Part shown: in pieces, positions 40,476 through 54,900 of the stretch
Numbering within the stretch: position 1 is the stretch's first letter
How the letters are laid out: the number at the start of each line of letters is the position of its first letter
Translations under genes and position numbers: made by a program
The notes under the pieces: model-generated
The model's input: the letters and a program-made list of their open reading frames with translations, nothing else
What the model was told of the DNA's origin: nothing
The model's database searches: none
Source of the DNA: Auanema rhodensis
Taxonomy: Eukaryota; Animalia; Nematoda
DNA: 64,000 bases
NCBI GenBank assembly: GCA_964057225.1
Contig: CAXKVF010000096.1
Location: 1 to 64,000 of the forward strand
Direction: 5' to 3'

Positions 40476-43400
40476 TGTACACGTGATGTGCACTTGGTAT
40501 GTAACTCGCTTCACGTGAAAGATAAAGAGATGCGGTTTTCAAAATTAGATTCCCCATGTCCATATTAGTCTAAAAACAAATTTTTATTGATATTGCTTCA
40601 TGGTAACCATGACTTTGAAATTTACGTGAACTTTAATTTATGCTAATTAAATGTACACGTGATGTGCACTTGGTATGTAACTCGCTTCACGTGAAAGATA
40701 AAGAGATGCGGTTTTCAAAATTAGATTCCCCATGTCCATATTAGTCTAAAAACAAATTTTTATTGATATTGGTTCATGGTAACCATGACTTTGAAATTTA
40801 CGTGAACTTTAATTTATGCTAATTAAATGTACACGTGATGTGCACTTGGTATGTAACTCGCTTCACGTGAAAGATAAAGAGATGCGGTTTTCAAAATTAG
40901 ATTCCCCATGTCCATATTAGTCTAAAAACAAATTTTTATTGATATTGCTTCATGGTAACCATGACTTTGAAATTTACGTGAACTTTAATTTATGCTAATT
41001 AAATGTACACGTGATGTGCACTTGGTATGTAACTCGCTTCACGTGAAAGATAAAGAGATGCGGTTTTCAAAATTAGATTCCCCATGTCCATATTAAACTA
41101 AAAACAAATTTTTATTGATATTGGTTCATGGTAACCATGACTTTGAAATTTACGTGAACTTTAATTTATGCTAATTAAATGTACACGTGATGTGCACTTG
41201 GTATGTAACTCGCTTCACGTGAAAGATAAAGAGATGCGGTTTTCAAAATTAGATTCCCCATGTCCATATTAGTCTAAAAACAAATTTTTATTGATATTGC
41301 TCCATGGTAACCATGACTTTGAAATTTACGTGAACTTTAATTTATGCTAATTAAATGTACACGTGATGTGCACTTGGTATGTAACTCGCTTCACGTGAAA
41401 GATAAAGAGATGCGGTTTTCAAAATTAGATTCCCCATGTCCATATTAGTCGAAAAACAAATTTTTATTGATATTGCTCCATGGTAACCATGACTTTGAAA
41501 TTTACGTGAACTTTAATTTATGCTAATTAAATGTACACGTGATGTGCACTTGGTATGTAACTCGCTTCACGTGAAAGATAAAGAGATGCGGTTTTCAAAA
41601 TTAGATTCCCCATGTCCATATTAGTCTAAAAACAAATTTTTATTGATATTGGTTCATGGTAACCATGACTTTGAAATTTACGTGAACTTTAATTTATGCT
41701 AATTAAATGTACACGTGATGTGCACTTGGTATGTAACTCGCTTCACGTGAAAGATAAAGAGATGCGGTTTTCAAAATTAGATTCCCCATGTCCATATTAG
41801 TCTAAAAACAAATTTTTATTGATATTGCTTCATGGTAACCATGACTTTGAAATTTACGTGAACTTTAATTTATGCTAATTAAATGTACACGTGATGTGCA
41901 CTTGGTATGTAACTCGCTTCACGTGAAAGATAAAGAGATGCGGTTTTCAAAATTAGATTCCCCATGTCCATATTAGTCTAAAAACAAATTTTTATTGATA
42001 TTGGTTCATGGTAACCATGACTTTGAAATTTACGTGAACTTTAATTTATGCTAATTAAATGTACACGTGATGTGCACTTGGTATGTAACTCGCTTCACGT
42101 GAAAGATAAAGAGATGCGGTTTTCAAAATTAGATTCCCCATGTCCATATTAGTCTAAAAACAAATTTTTATTGATATTGCTTCATGGTAACCATGACTTT
42201 GAAATTTACGTGAACTTTAATTTATGCTAATTAAATGTACACGTGATGTGCACTTGGTATGTAACTCGCTTCACGTGAAAGATAAAGAGATGCGGTTTTC
42301 AAAATTAGATTCCCCATGTCCATATTAGTCTAAAAACAAATTTTTATTGATATTGCTTCATGGTAACCATGACTTTGAAATTTACGTGAACTTTAATTTA
42401 TGCTAATTAAATGTACACGTGATGTGCACTTGGTATGTAACTCGCTTCACGTGAAAGATAAAGAGATGCGGTTTTCAAAATTAGATTCCCCATGTCCATA
42501 TTAGTCTAAAAACAAATTTTTATTGATATTGCTTCATGGTAACCATGACTTTGAAATTTACGTGAACTTTAATTTATGCTAATTAAATGTACACGTGATG
42601 TGCACTTGGTATGTAACTCGCTTCACGTGAAAGATAAAGAGATGCGGTTTTCAAAATTAGATTCCCCTTGTCCATATTAGTTTAAAAACAAATTTTTATT
42701 GATATTGGTTCATGGTAACCATGACTTTGAAATTTACGTGAACTTTAATTTATGCTAATTAAATGTACACGTGATGTGCACTTGGTATGTAACTCGCTTC
42801 ACGTGAAAGATAAAGAGATGCGGTTTTCAAAATTAGATTCCCCATGTCCATATTAGTCTAAAAACAAATTTTTATTGATATTGCTTCATGGTAACCATGA
42901 CTTTGAAATTTACGTGAACTTTAATTTATGCTAATTAAATGTACACGTGATGTGCACTTGGTATGTAACTCGCTTCACGTGAAAGATAAAGAGATGCGGT
43001 TTTCAAAATTAGATTCCCCATGTCCATATTAGTCTAAAAACAAATTTTTATTGATATTGCTTCATGGTAACCATGACTTTGAAATTTACGTGAACTTTAA
43101 TTTATGCTAATTAAATGTACACGTGATGTGCACTTGGTATGTAACTCGCTTCACGTGAAAGATAAAGAGATGCGGTTTTCAAAATTAGATTCCCCATGTC
43201 CATATTAGTCTAAAAACAAATTTTTATTGATATTGGTTCATGGTAACCATGACTTTGAAATTTACGTGAACTTTAATTTATGCTAATTAAATGTACACGT
43301 GATGTGCACTTGGTATGTAACTCGCTTCACGTGAAAGATAAAGAGATGCGGTTTTCAAAATTAGATTCCCCATGTCCATATTAGTCTAAAAACAAATTTT

Positions 43401-43643
43401 TATTGATATTGCTTCATGGTAACCATGACTTTGAAATTTACGTGAACTTTAATTTATGCTAATTAAATGTACACGTGATGTGCACTTGGTATGTAACTCG
43501 CTTCACGTGAAAGATAAAGAGATGCGGTTTTCAAAATTAGATTCCCCTTGTCCATATTAGTCTAAAAACAAATTTTTATTGATATTGGTTCATGGTAACC
43601 ATGACTTTGAATTTTACGTGAACTTTAATTTATGCTAATTAAA

Positions 43644-46600
43644 TGTACACGTGATGTGCACTTGGTATGTAACTCGCTTCACGTGAAAGATAAAGAGATG
43701 CGGTTTTCAAAATTAGATTCCCCATGTCCATATTAGTCTAAAAACAAATTTTTATTGATATTGGTTCTTGGTAACCATGACTTTGAAATTTACGTGAACT
43801 TTAATTTATGCTAATTAAATGTACACGTGATGTGCACTTGGTATGTAACTCGCTTCACGTGAAAGATAAAGAGATGCGGTTTTCAAAATTAGATTCCCCA
43901 TGTCCATATTAGTCTAAAAACAAATTTTTATTGATATTGCTTCATGGTAACCATGACTTTGAAATTTACGTGAACTTTAATTTATGCTAATTAAATGTAC
44001 ACGTGATGTGCACTTGGTATGTAACTCGCTTCACGTGAAAGATAAAGAGATGCGGTTTTCAAAATTAGATTCCCCATGTCCATATTAGTCTAAAAACAAA
44101 TTTTTATTGATATTGGTTCATGGTAACCATGACTTTGAAATTTACGTGAACTTTAATTTATGCTAATTAAATGTACACGTGATGTGCACTTGGTATGTGA
44201 CTCGCTTCACGTGAAAGATAAAGAGATGCGGTTTTCAAAATTAGATTCCCTATGTCCATATTAGTCTAAAAACAAATTTTTATTGATATTGGTTCATGGT
44301 AACCATGACTCTGAAATTTACGTGAACTTTAATTTATGCTAATTAAATGTACACGTGATGTGCACTTGGTATGTAACTCGCTTCACGTGAAAGATAAAGA
44401 GATGCGGTTTTCAAAATTAGATTCCCCATGTCCATATTAGTCTAAAAACAAATTTTTATTGATATTGCTTCATGGTAACCATGACTTTGAAATTTACGTG
44501 AACTTTAATTTATGCTAATTAAATGTACACGTGATGTGCACTTGGTATGTAACTCGCTTCACGTGAAAGATAAAGAGATGCGGTTTTCAAAATTAGATTC
44601 CCCATGTCCATATTAGTCTAAAAACAAATTTTTATTGATATTGGTTCATGGTAACCATGACTTTGAAATTTACGTGAACTTTAATTTATGCTAATTAAAT
44701 GTACACGTGATGTGCACTTGGTATGTAACTCGCTTCACGTGAAAGATAAAGAGATGCGGTTTTCAAAATTAGATTCCCCATGTCCATATTAGTCTAAAAA
44801 CAAATTTTTATTGATATTGCTTCATGGTAACCATGACTTTGAAATTTACGTGAACTTTAATTTATGCTAATTAAATGTACACGTGATGTGCACTTGGTAT
44901 GTAACTCGCTTCACGTGAAAGATAAAGAGATGCGGTTTTCAAAATTAGATTCCCCATGTCCATATTAGTCTAAAAACAAATTTTTATTGATATTGGTTCA
45001 TGGTAACCATGACTTTGAAATTTACGTGAACTTTAATTTATGCTAATTAAATGTACACGTGATGTGCACTTGGTATGTAACTCGCTTCACGTGAAAGATA
45101 AAGAGATGCGGTTTTCAAAATTAGATTCCCCATGTCCATATTAGTCTAAAAACAAATTTTTATTGATATTGCTTCATGGTAACCATGACTTTGAAATTTA
45201 CGTGAACTTTAATTTATGCTAATTAAATGTACACGTGATGTGCACTTGGTATGTAACTCGCTTCACGTGAAAGATAAAGAGATGCGGTTTTCAAAATTAG
45301 ATTCCCCATGTCCATATTAGTCTAAAAACAAATTTTTATTGATATTGCTTCATGGTAACCATGACTTTGAAATTTACGTGAACTTTAATTTATGCTAATT
45401 AAATGTACACGTGATGTGCACTTGGTATGTAACTCGCTTCACGTGAAAGATAAAGAGATGCGGTTTTCAAAATTAGATTCCCCTTGTCCATATTAGTTTA
45501 AAAACAAATTTTTATTGATATTGGTTCATGGTAACCATGACTTTGAAATTTACGTGAACTTTAATTTATGCTAATTAAATGTACACGTGATGTGCACTTG
45601 GTATGTAACTCGCTTCACGTGAAAGATAAAGAGATGCGGTTTTCAAAATTAGATTCCCCATGTCCATATTAGTCTAAAAACAAATTTTTATTGATATTGC
45701 TTCATGGTAACCATGACTTTGAAATTTACGTGAACTTTAATTTATGCTAATTAAATGTACACGTGATGTGCACTTGGTATGTAACTCGCTTCACGTGAAA
45801 GATAAAGAGATGCGGTTTTCAAAATTAGATTCCCCTTGTCCATATTAGTCTAAAAACAAATTTTTATTGATATTGGTTCATGGTAACCATGACTTTGAAT
45901 TTTACGTGAACTTTAATTTATGCTAATTAAATGTACACGTGATGTGCACTTGGTATGTAACTCGCTTCACGTGAAAGATAAAGAGATGCGGTTTTCAAAA
46001 TTAGATTCCCCATGTCCATATTAGTCTAAAAACAAATTTTTATTGATATTGGTTCATGGTAACCATGACTTTGAAATTTACGTGAACTTTAATTTATGCT
46101 AATTAAATGTACACGTGATGTGCACTTGGTATGTAACTCGCTTCACGTGAAAGATAAAGAGATGCGGTTTTCAAAATTAGATTCCCCATGTCCATATTAG
46201 TCTAAAAACAAATTTTTATTGATATTGCTTCATGGTAACCATGACTTTGAAATTTACGTGAACTTTAATTTATGCTAATTAAATGTACACGTGATGTGCA
46301 CTTGGTATGTAACTCGCTTCACGTGAAAGATAAAGAGATGCGGTTTTCAAAATTAGATTCCCCATGTCCATATTAGTCTAAAAACAAATTTTTATTGATA
46401 TTGGTTCATGGTAACCATGACTTTGAAATTTACGTGAACTTTAATTTATGCTAATTAAATGTACACGTGATGTGCACTTGGTATGTAACTCGCTTCACGT
46501 GAAAGATAAAGAGATGCGGTTTTCAAAATTAGATTCCCCATGTCCATATTAGTCTAAAAACAAATTTTTATTGATATTGGTTCTTGGTAACCATGACTTT

Positions 46601-49275
46601 GAAATTTACGTGAACTTTAATTTATGCTAATTAAATGTACACGTGATGTGCACTTGGTATGTAACTCGCTTCACGTGAAAGATAAAGAGATGCGGTTTTC
46701 AAAATTAGATTCCCCATGTCCATATTAGTCTAAAAACAAATTTTTATTGATATTGCTTCATGGTAACCATGACTTTGAAATTTACGTGAACTTTAATTTA
46801 TGCTAATTAAATGTACACGTGATGTGCACTTGGTATGTAACTCGCTTCACGTGAAAGATAAAGAGATGCGGTTTTCAAAATTAGATTCCCCATGTCCATA
46901 TTAGTCTAAAAACAAATTTTTATTGATATTGGTTCATGGTAACCATGACTTTGAAATTTACGTGAACTTTAATTTATGCTAATTAAATGTACACGTGATG
47001 TGCACTTGGTATGTGACTCGCTTCACGTGAAAGATAAAGAGATGCGGTTTTCAAAATTAGATTCCCTATGTCCATATTAGTCTAAAAACAAATTTTTATT
47101 GATATTGGTTCATGGTAACCATGACTCTGAAATTTACGTGAACTTTAATTTATGCTAATTAAATGTACACGTGATGTGCACTTGGTATGTAACTCGCTTC
47201 ACGTGAAAGATAAAGAGATGCGGTTTTCAAAATTAGATTCCCCATGTCCATATTAGTCTAAAAACAAATTTTTATTGATATTGCTTCATGGTAACCATGA
47301 CTTTGAAATTTACGTGAACTTTAATTTATGCTAATTAAATGTACACGTGATGTGCACTTGGTATGTAACTCGCTTCACGTGAAAGATAAAGAGATGCGGT
47401 TTTCAAAATTAGATTCCCCATGTCCATATTAGTCTAAAAACAAATTTTTATTGATATTGGTTCATGGTAACCATGACTTTGAAATTTACGTGAACTTTAA
47501 TTTATGCTAATTAAATGTACACGTGATGTGCACTTGGTATGTAACTCGCTTCACGTGAAAGATAAAGAGATGCGGTTTTCAAAATTAGATTCCCCATGTC
47601 CATATTAGTCTAAAAACAAATTTTTATTGATATTGCTTCATGGTAACCATGACTTTGAAATTTACGTGAACTTTAATTTATGCTAATTAAATGTACACGT
47701 GATGTGCACTTGGTATGTAACTCGCTTCACGTGAAAGATAAAGAGATGCGGTTTTCAAAATTAGATTCCCCATGTCCATATTAGTCTAAAAACAAATTTT
47801 TATTGATATTGGTTCATGGTAACCATGACTTTGAAATTTACGTGAACTTTAATTTATGCTAATTAAATGTACACGTGATGTGCACTTGGTATGTAACTCG
47901 CTTCACGTGAAAGATAAAGAGATGCGGTTTTCAAAATTAGATTCCCCATGTCCATATTAGTCTAAAAACAAATTTTTATTGATATTGCTTCATGGTAACC
48001 ATGACTTTGAAATTTACGTGAACTTTAATTTATGCTAATTAAATGTACACGTGATGTGCACTTGGTATGTAACTCGCTTCACGTGAAAGATAAAGAGATG
48101 CGGTTTTCAAAATTAGATTCCCCATGTCCATATTAGTCTAAAAACAAATTTTTATTGATATTGCTTCATGGTAACCATGACTTTGAAATTTACGTGAACT
48201 TTAATTTATGCTAATTAAATGTACACGTGATGTGCACTTGGTATGTAACTCGCTTCACGTGAAAGATAAAGAGATGCGGTTTTCAAAATTAGATTCCCCT
48301 TGTCCATATTAGTTTAAAAACAAATTTTTATTGATATTGGTTCATGGTAACCATGACTTTGAAATTTACGTGAACTTTAATTTATGCTAATTAAATGTAC
48401 ACGTGATGTGCACTTAATATGTAACTCGCTTCACGTGAAAGATAAAGAGATGCGGTTTTCAAAATTAGATTCCCCATGTCCATATTAGTCTAAAAACAAA
48501 TTTTTATTGATATTGCTTCATGGTAACCATGACTTTGAAATTTACGTGAACTTTAATTTATGCTAATTAAATGTACACGTGATGTGCACTTGGTATGTAA
48601 CTCGCTTCACGTGAAAGATAAAGAGATGCGGTTTTCAAAATTAGATTCCCCTTGTCCATATTAGTCTAAAAACAAATTTTTATTGATATTGGTTCATGGT
48701 AACCATGACTTTGAATTTTACGTGAACTTTAATTTATGCTAATTAAATGTACACGTGATGTGCACTTGGTATGTAACTCGCTTCACGTGAAAGATAAAGA
48801 GATGCGGTTTTCAAAATTAGATTCCCCATGTCCATATTAGTCTAAAAACAAATTTTTATTGATATTGGTTCATGGTAACCATGACTTTGAAATTTACGTG
48901 AACTTTAATCTATGCTAATTAAATGTACACGTGATGTGCACTTGGTATGTAACTCGCTTCACGTGAAAGATAAAGAGATGCGGTTTTCAAAATTAGATTC
49001 CCCATGTCCATATTAGTCTAAAAACAAATTTTTATTGATATTGCTTCATGGTAACCATGACTTTGAAATTTACGTGAACTTTAATTTATGCTAATTAAAT
49101 GTACACGTGATGTGCACTTGGTATGTAACTCGCTTCACGTGAAAGATAAAGAGATGCGGTTTTCAAAATTAGATTCCCCATGTCCATATTAGTCTAAAAA
49201 CAAATTTTTATTGATATTGGTTCATGGTAACCATGACTTTGAAATTTACGTGAACTTTAATTTATGCTAATTAAA
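43644..49275 (+). repeat. 16-monomer (2816-bp) higher-order repeat, two tandem copies (43644-46459, 46460-49275)
   Basis: The GGTTCTTG unit lies at 43644/46460, the GTGACT+CCCTAT+CTCTG unit at 44172/46988, CCCCTTG+AGTTTA at 45404/48220 and CCCCTTG+GAATTTT at 45756/48572. All offsets are 2816 bp. Confidence 0.9.
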
Positions 49276-51914
49276 TGTACACGTGATGTGCACTTGGTAT
49301 GTAACTCGCTTCACGTGAAAGATAAAGAGATGCGGTTTTCAAAATTAGATTCCCCATGTCCATATTAGTCTAAAAACAAATTTTTATTGATATTGCTTCA
49401 TGGTAACCATGACTTTGAAATTTACGTGAACTTTAATTTATGCTAATTAAATGTACACGTGATGTGCACTTGGTATGTAACTCGCTTCACGTGAAAGATA
49501 AAGAGATGCGGTTTTCAAAATTAGATTCCCCTTGTCCATATTAGTCTAAAAACAAATTTTTATTGATATTGGTTCATGGTAACCATGACTTTGAATTTTA
49601 CGTGAACTTTAATTTATGCTAATTAAATGTACACGTGATGTGCACTTGGTATGTAACTCGCTTCACGTGGAAGATAAAGAGATGCGGTTTTCAAAATTAG
49701 ATTCCCCATGTCCATATTAGTCTAAAAACAAATTTTTATTGATATTGGTTCATGGTAACCATGACTTTGAAATTTACGTGAACTTTAATTTATGCTAATT
49801 AAATGTACACGTGATGTGCACTTGGTATGTAACTCGCTTCACGTGAAAGATAAAGAGATGCGGTTTTCAAAATTAGATTCCCCATGTCCATATTAGTCTA
49901 AAAACAAATTTTTATTGATATTGCTTCATGGTAACCATGACTTTGAAATTTACGTGAACTTTAATTTATGCTAATTAAATGTACACGTGATGTGCACTTG
50001 GTATGTAACTCGCTTCACGTGAAAGATAAAGAGATGCGGTTTTCAAAATTAGATTCCCCATGTCCATATTAGTCTAAAAACAAATTTTTATTGATATTGG
50101 TTCATGGTAACCATGACTTTGAAATTTACGTGAACTTTAATTTATGCTAATTAGATGTACACGTGATGTGCACTTGGTATGTAACTCGCTTCACGTGAAA
50201 GATAAAGAGATGCGGTTTTCAAAATTAGATTCCCATGTCCATATTAGTCTAAAAACAAATTTTTATTGATATTGGTTCATGGTAACCATGACTTTGAAAT
50301 TTACGTGAACTTTAATTTATGCTAATTAAATGTACACGTGATGTGCACTTGGTATGTGACTCGCTTCACGTGAAAGATAAAGAGATGCGGTTTTCAAAAT
50401 TAGATTCCCTATGTCCATATTAGTCTAAAAACAAATTTTTATTGATATTGGTTCATGGTAACCATGACTCTGAAATTTACGTGAACTTTAATTTATGCTA
50501 ATTAAATGTACACGTGATGTGCACTTGGTATGTAACTCGCTTCACGTGAAAGATAAAGAGATGCGGTTTTCAAAATTAGATTCCCCATGTCCATATTAGT
50601 CTAAAAACAAATTTTTATTGATATTGCTTCATGGTAACCATGACTTTGAAATTTACGTGAACTTTAATTTATGCTAATTAAATGTACACGTGATGTGCAC
50701 TTGGTATGTGACTCGCTTCACGTGAAAGATAAAGAGATGCGGTTTTCAAAATTAGATTCCCCATGTCCATATTAGTCTAAAAACAAATTTTTATTGATAT
50801 TGGTTCATGGTAACCATGACTCTGAAATTTACGTGAACTTTAATTTATGCTAATTAAATGTACACGTGATGTGCACTTGGTATGTAACTCGCTTCACGTG
50901 AAAGATAAAGAGATGCGGTTTTCAAAATTAGATTCCCCATGTCCATATTAGTCTAAAAACAAATTTTTATTGATATTGCTTCATGGTAACCATGACTTTG
51001 AAATTTACGTGAACTTTAATTTATGCTAATTAAATGTACACGTGATGTGCACTTGGTATGTAACTCCCTTCACGTGAAAGATAAAGAGATGCGGTTTTCA
51101 AAATTAGATTCCCCTTGTCCATATTAGTCTAAAAACAAATTTTTATTGATATTGGTTCATGGTAACCATGACTTTGAATTTTACGTGAACTTTAATTTAT
51201 GCTAATTAAATGTACACGTGATGTGCACTTGGTATGTAACTCGCTTCACGTGAAAGATAAAGAGATGCGGTTTTCAAAATTAGATTCCCCATGTCCATAT
51301 TAGTCTAAAAACAAATTTTTATTGATATTGGTTCATGGTAACCATGACTTTGAAATTTACGTGAACTTTAATTTATGCTAATTAAATGTACACGTGATGT
51401 GCACTTGGTATGTAACTCGCTTCACGTGAAAGATAAAGAGATGCGGTTTTCAAAATTAGATTCCCCATGTCCATATTAGTCTAAAAACAAATTTTTATTG
51501 ATATTGCTTCATGGTAACCATGACTTTGAAATTTACGTGAACTTTAATTTATGCTAATTAAATGTACACGTGATGTGCACTTGGTATGTAACTCGCTTCA
51601 CGTGAAAGATAAAGAGATGCGGTTTTCAAAATTAGATTCCCCATGTCCATATTAGTCTAAAAACAAATTTTTATTGATATTGGTTCATGGTAACCATGAC
51701 TTTGAAATTTACGTGAACTTTAATTTATGCTAATTAAATGTACACGTGATGTGCACTTGGTATGTAACTCGCTTCACGTGAAAGATAAAGAGATGCGGTT
51801 TTCAAAATTAGATTCCCCATGTCCATATTAGTCTAAAAACAAATTTTTATTGATATTGGTTCATGGTAACCATGACTTTGAAATTTACGTGAACTTTAAT
51901 TTATGCTAATTAAA

Positions 51915-54900
51915 TGTACACGTGATGTGCACTTGGTATGTGACTCGCTTCACGTGAAAGATGAAGAGATGCGGTTTTCAAAATTAGATTCCCCATGTCC
52001 ATATTAGTCTAAAAACAAATTTTTATTGATATTGGTGCATGGTAACCATGACTTTGAAATTTACGTGAACTTTAATTTATGCTAATTAAATGTACACGTG
52101 ATGTGCACTTGGTATGTAACTCGCTTCACGTGAAAGATAAAGAGATGCGGTTTTCAAAATTAGATTCCCCATGTCCATATTAGTCTAAAAACAAATTTTT
52201 ATTGATATTGGTGCATGGTAACCATGACTTTGAATTTTACGTGAACTTTAATTTATGCTAATTGAATGTACACGTGATGTGCACTTGGTATGTAACTCGC
52301 TTCACGTGAAAGATAAAGAGATGCGGTTTTCAAAATTAGATTCCCCATGTCCATATTAGTCTAAAAACAAATTTTTATTGATATTGGTGCATGGTAACCA
52401 TGACTTTGAAATTTACGTGAACTTTAATTTATGCTAATTAAATGTACACGTGATGTGCACTTGGTATGTAACTCGCTTCACGTGGAAGATAAAGAGATGC
52501 GGTTTTCAAAATTAGATTCCCCATGTCCATATTAGTCTAAAAACAAATTTTTATTGATATTGGTGCATGGTAACCATGACTTTGAAATTTACGTGAACTT
52601 TAATTTATGCTAATTAAATGTACACGTGATGTGCACTTGGTATGTAACTCGCTTCACGTGAAAGATGAAGAGATGCGGTTTTCAAAATTAGATTCCCCAT
52701 GTCCATATTAGTCTAAAAACAAATTTTTATTGATATTGGTTCATGGTAACCATGACTTTGAAATTTACGTGAACTTTAATTTATGCTAATTAAATGTACA
52801 CGTGATGTGCACTTGGTATGTAACTCGCTTCACGTGAAAGATAAAGAGATGCGGTTTTCAAAATTAGATTCCCCATGTCCATATTAGTTTAAAAACAAAT
52901 TTTTATTGATATTGGTTCATGGTAACCATGACTTTGAATTTTACGTGAACTTTAATTTATGCTAATTAAATGTACACGTGATGTGCACTTGGTATGTAAC
53001 TCGCTTCACGTGAAAGATGAAGAGATGCGGTTTTCAAAATTAGATTCCCCATGTCCATATTAGTCTAAAAACAAATTTTTATTGATATTGGTTCATGGTA
53101 ACCATGACTTTGAAATTTACGTGAACTTTAATTTATGCTAATTAAATGTACACGTGATGTGCACTTGGTATGTAACTCGCTTCACGTGAAAGATGAAGAG
53201 ATGCGGTTTTCAAAATTAGATTCCCCATGTCCATATTAGTCTAAAAACAAATTTTTATTGATATTGGTTCATGGTAACCATGACTTTGAAATTTACGTGA
53301 ACTTTAATTTATGCTAATTAAATGTACACGTGATGTGCACTTGGTATGTAACTCGCTTCACGTGAAAGATGAAGAGATGCGGTTTTCAAAATTAGATTCC
53401 CCATGTCCATATTAGTCTAAAAACAAATTTTTATTGATATTGGTTCATGGTAACCATGACTTTGAAATTTACGTGAACTTTAATTTATGCTAATTAAATG
53501 TACACGTGATGTGCACTTGGTATGTAACTCGCTTCACGTGAAAGATAAAGAGATGCGGTTTTCAAAATTAGATTCCCCATGTCCATATTAGTCTAAAAAC
53601 AAATTTTTATTGATATTGGTTCATGGTAACCATGACTTTGAAATTTACGTGAACTTTAATTTATGCTAATTAAATGTACACGTGATGTGCACTTGGTATG
53701 TAACTCGCTTCACGTGAAAGATGAAGAGATGCGGTTTTCAAAATTAGATTCCCCATGTCCATATTAGTCTAAAAACAAATTTTTATTGATATTGGTGCAT
53801 GGTAACCATGACTTTGAAATTTACGTGAACTTTAATTTATGCTAATTAAATGTACACGTGATGTGCACTTGGTATGTAACTCGCTTCACGTGAAAGATGA
53901 AGAGATGCGGTTTTCAAAATTAGATTCCCCATGTCCATATTAGTCTAAAAACAAATTTTTATTGATATTGGTTCATGGTAACCATGACTTTGAAATTTAC
54001 GTGAACTTTAATTTATGCTAATTAAATGTACACGTGATGTGCACTTGGTATGTAACTCGCTTCACGTGAAAGATGAAGAGATGCGGTTTTCAAAATTAGA
54101 TTCCCCATGTCCATATTAGTCTAAAAACAAATTTTTATTGATATTGGTTCATGGTAACCATGACTTTGAAATTTACGTGAACTTTAATTTATGCTAATTA
54201 AATGTACACGTGATGTGCACTTGGTATGTAACTCGCTTCACGTGAAAGATAAAGAGATGCGGTTTTCAAAATTAGATTCCCCATGTCCATATTAGTCTAA
54301 AAACAAATTTTTATTGATATTGGTGCATGGTAACCATGACTTTGAATTTTACGTGAACTTTAATTTATGCTAATTGAATGTACACGTGATGTGCACTTGG
54401 TATGTAACTCGCTTCACGTGAAAGATAAAGAGATGCGGTTTTCAAAATTAGATTCCCCATGTCCATATTAGTCTAAAAACAAATTTTTATTGATATTGGT
54501 TCATGGTAACCATGACTTTGAAATTTACGTGAACTTTAATTTATGCTAATTAAATGTACACGTGATGTGCACTTGGTATGTAACTCGCTTCACGTGAAAG
54601 ATGAAGAAATGCGGTTTTCAAAATTAGATTCCCCATGTCCATATTAGTCTAAAAACAAATTTTTATTGATATTGGTGCATGGTAACCATGACTTTGAAAT
54701 TTACGTGAACTTTAATTTATGCTAATTAAATGTACACGTGATGTGCACTTGGTATGTAACTCGCTTCACGTGAAAGATGAAGAGATGCGGTTTTCAAAAT
54801 TAGATTCCCCATGTCCATATTAGTCTGAAAACAAATTTTTATTGATATTGGTGCATGGTAACCATGACTTTGAAATTTACGTGAACTTTAATTTATGCTA

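Larger units (their letters stand above)
29388..51914 (+). repeat. 'GCTTC' (pos121 G>C) subfamily domain with 14/15-mer and 16-mer higher-order repeats
   Basis: Markers are pos121C, CCCCTTG, GTGACT, CCCTAT and GACTCTG. I saw pos123G only once here (unit at 32028). Confidence 0.85.
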
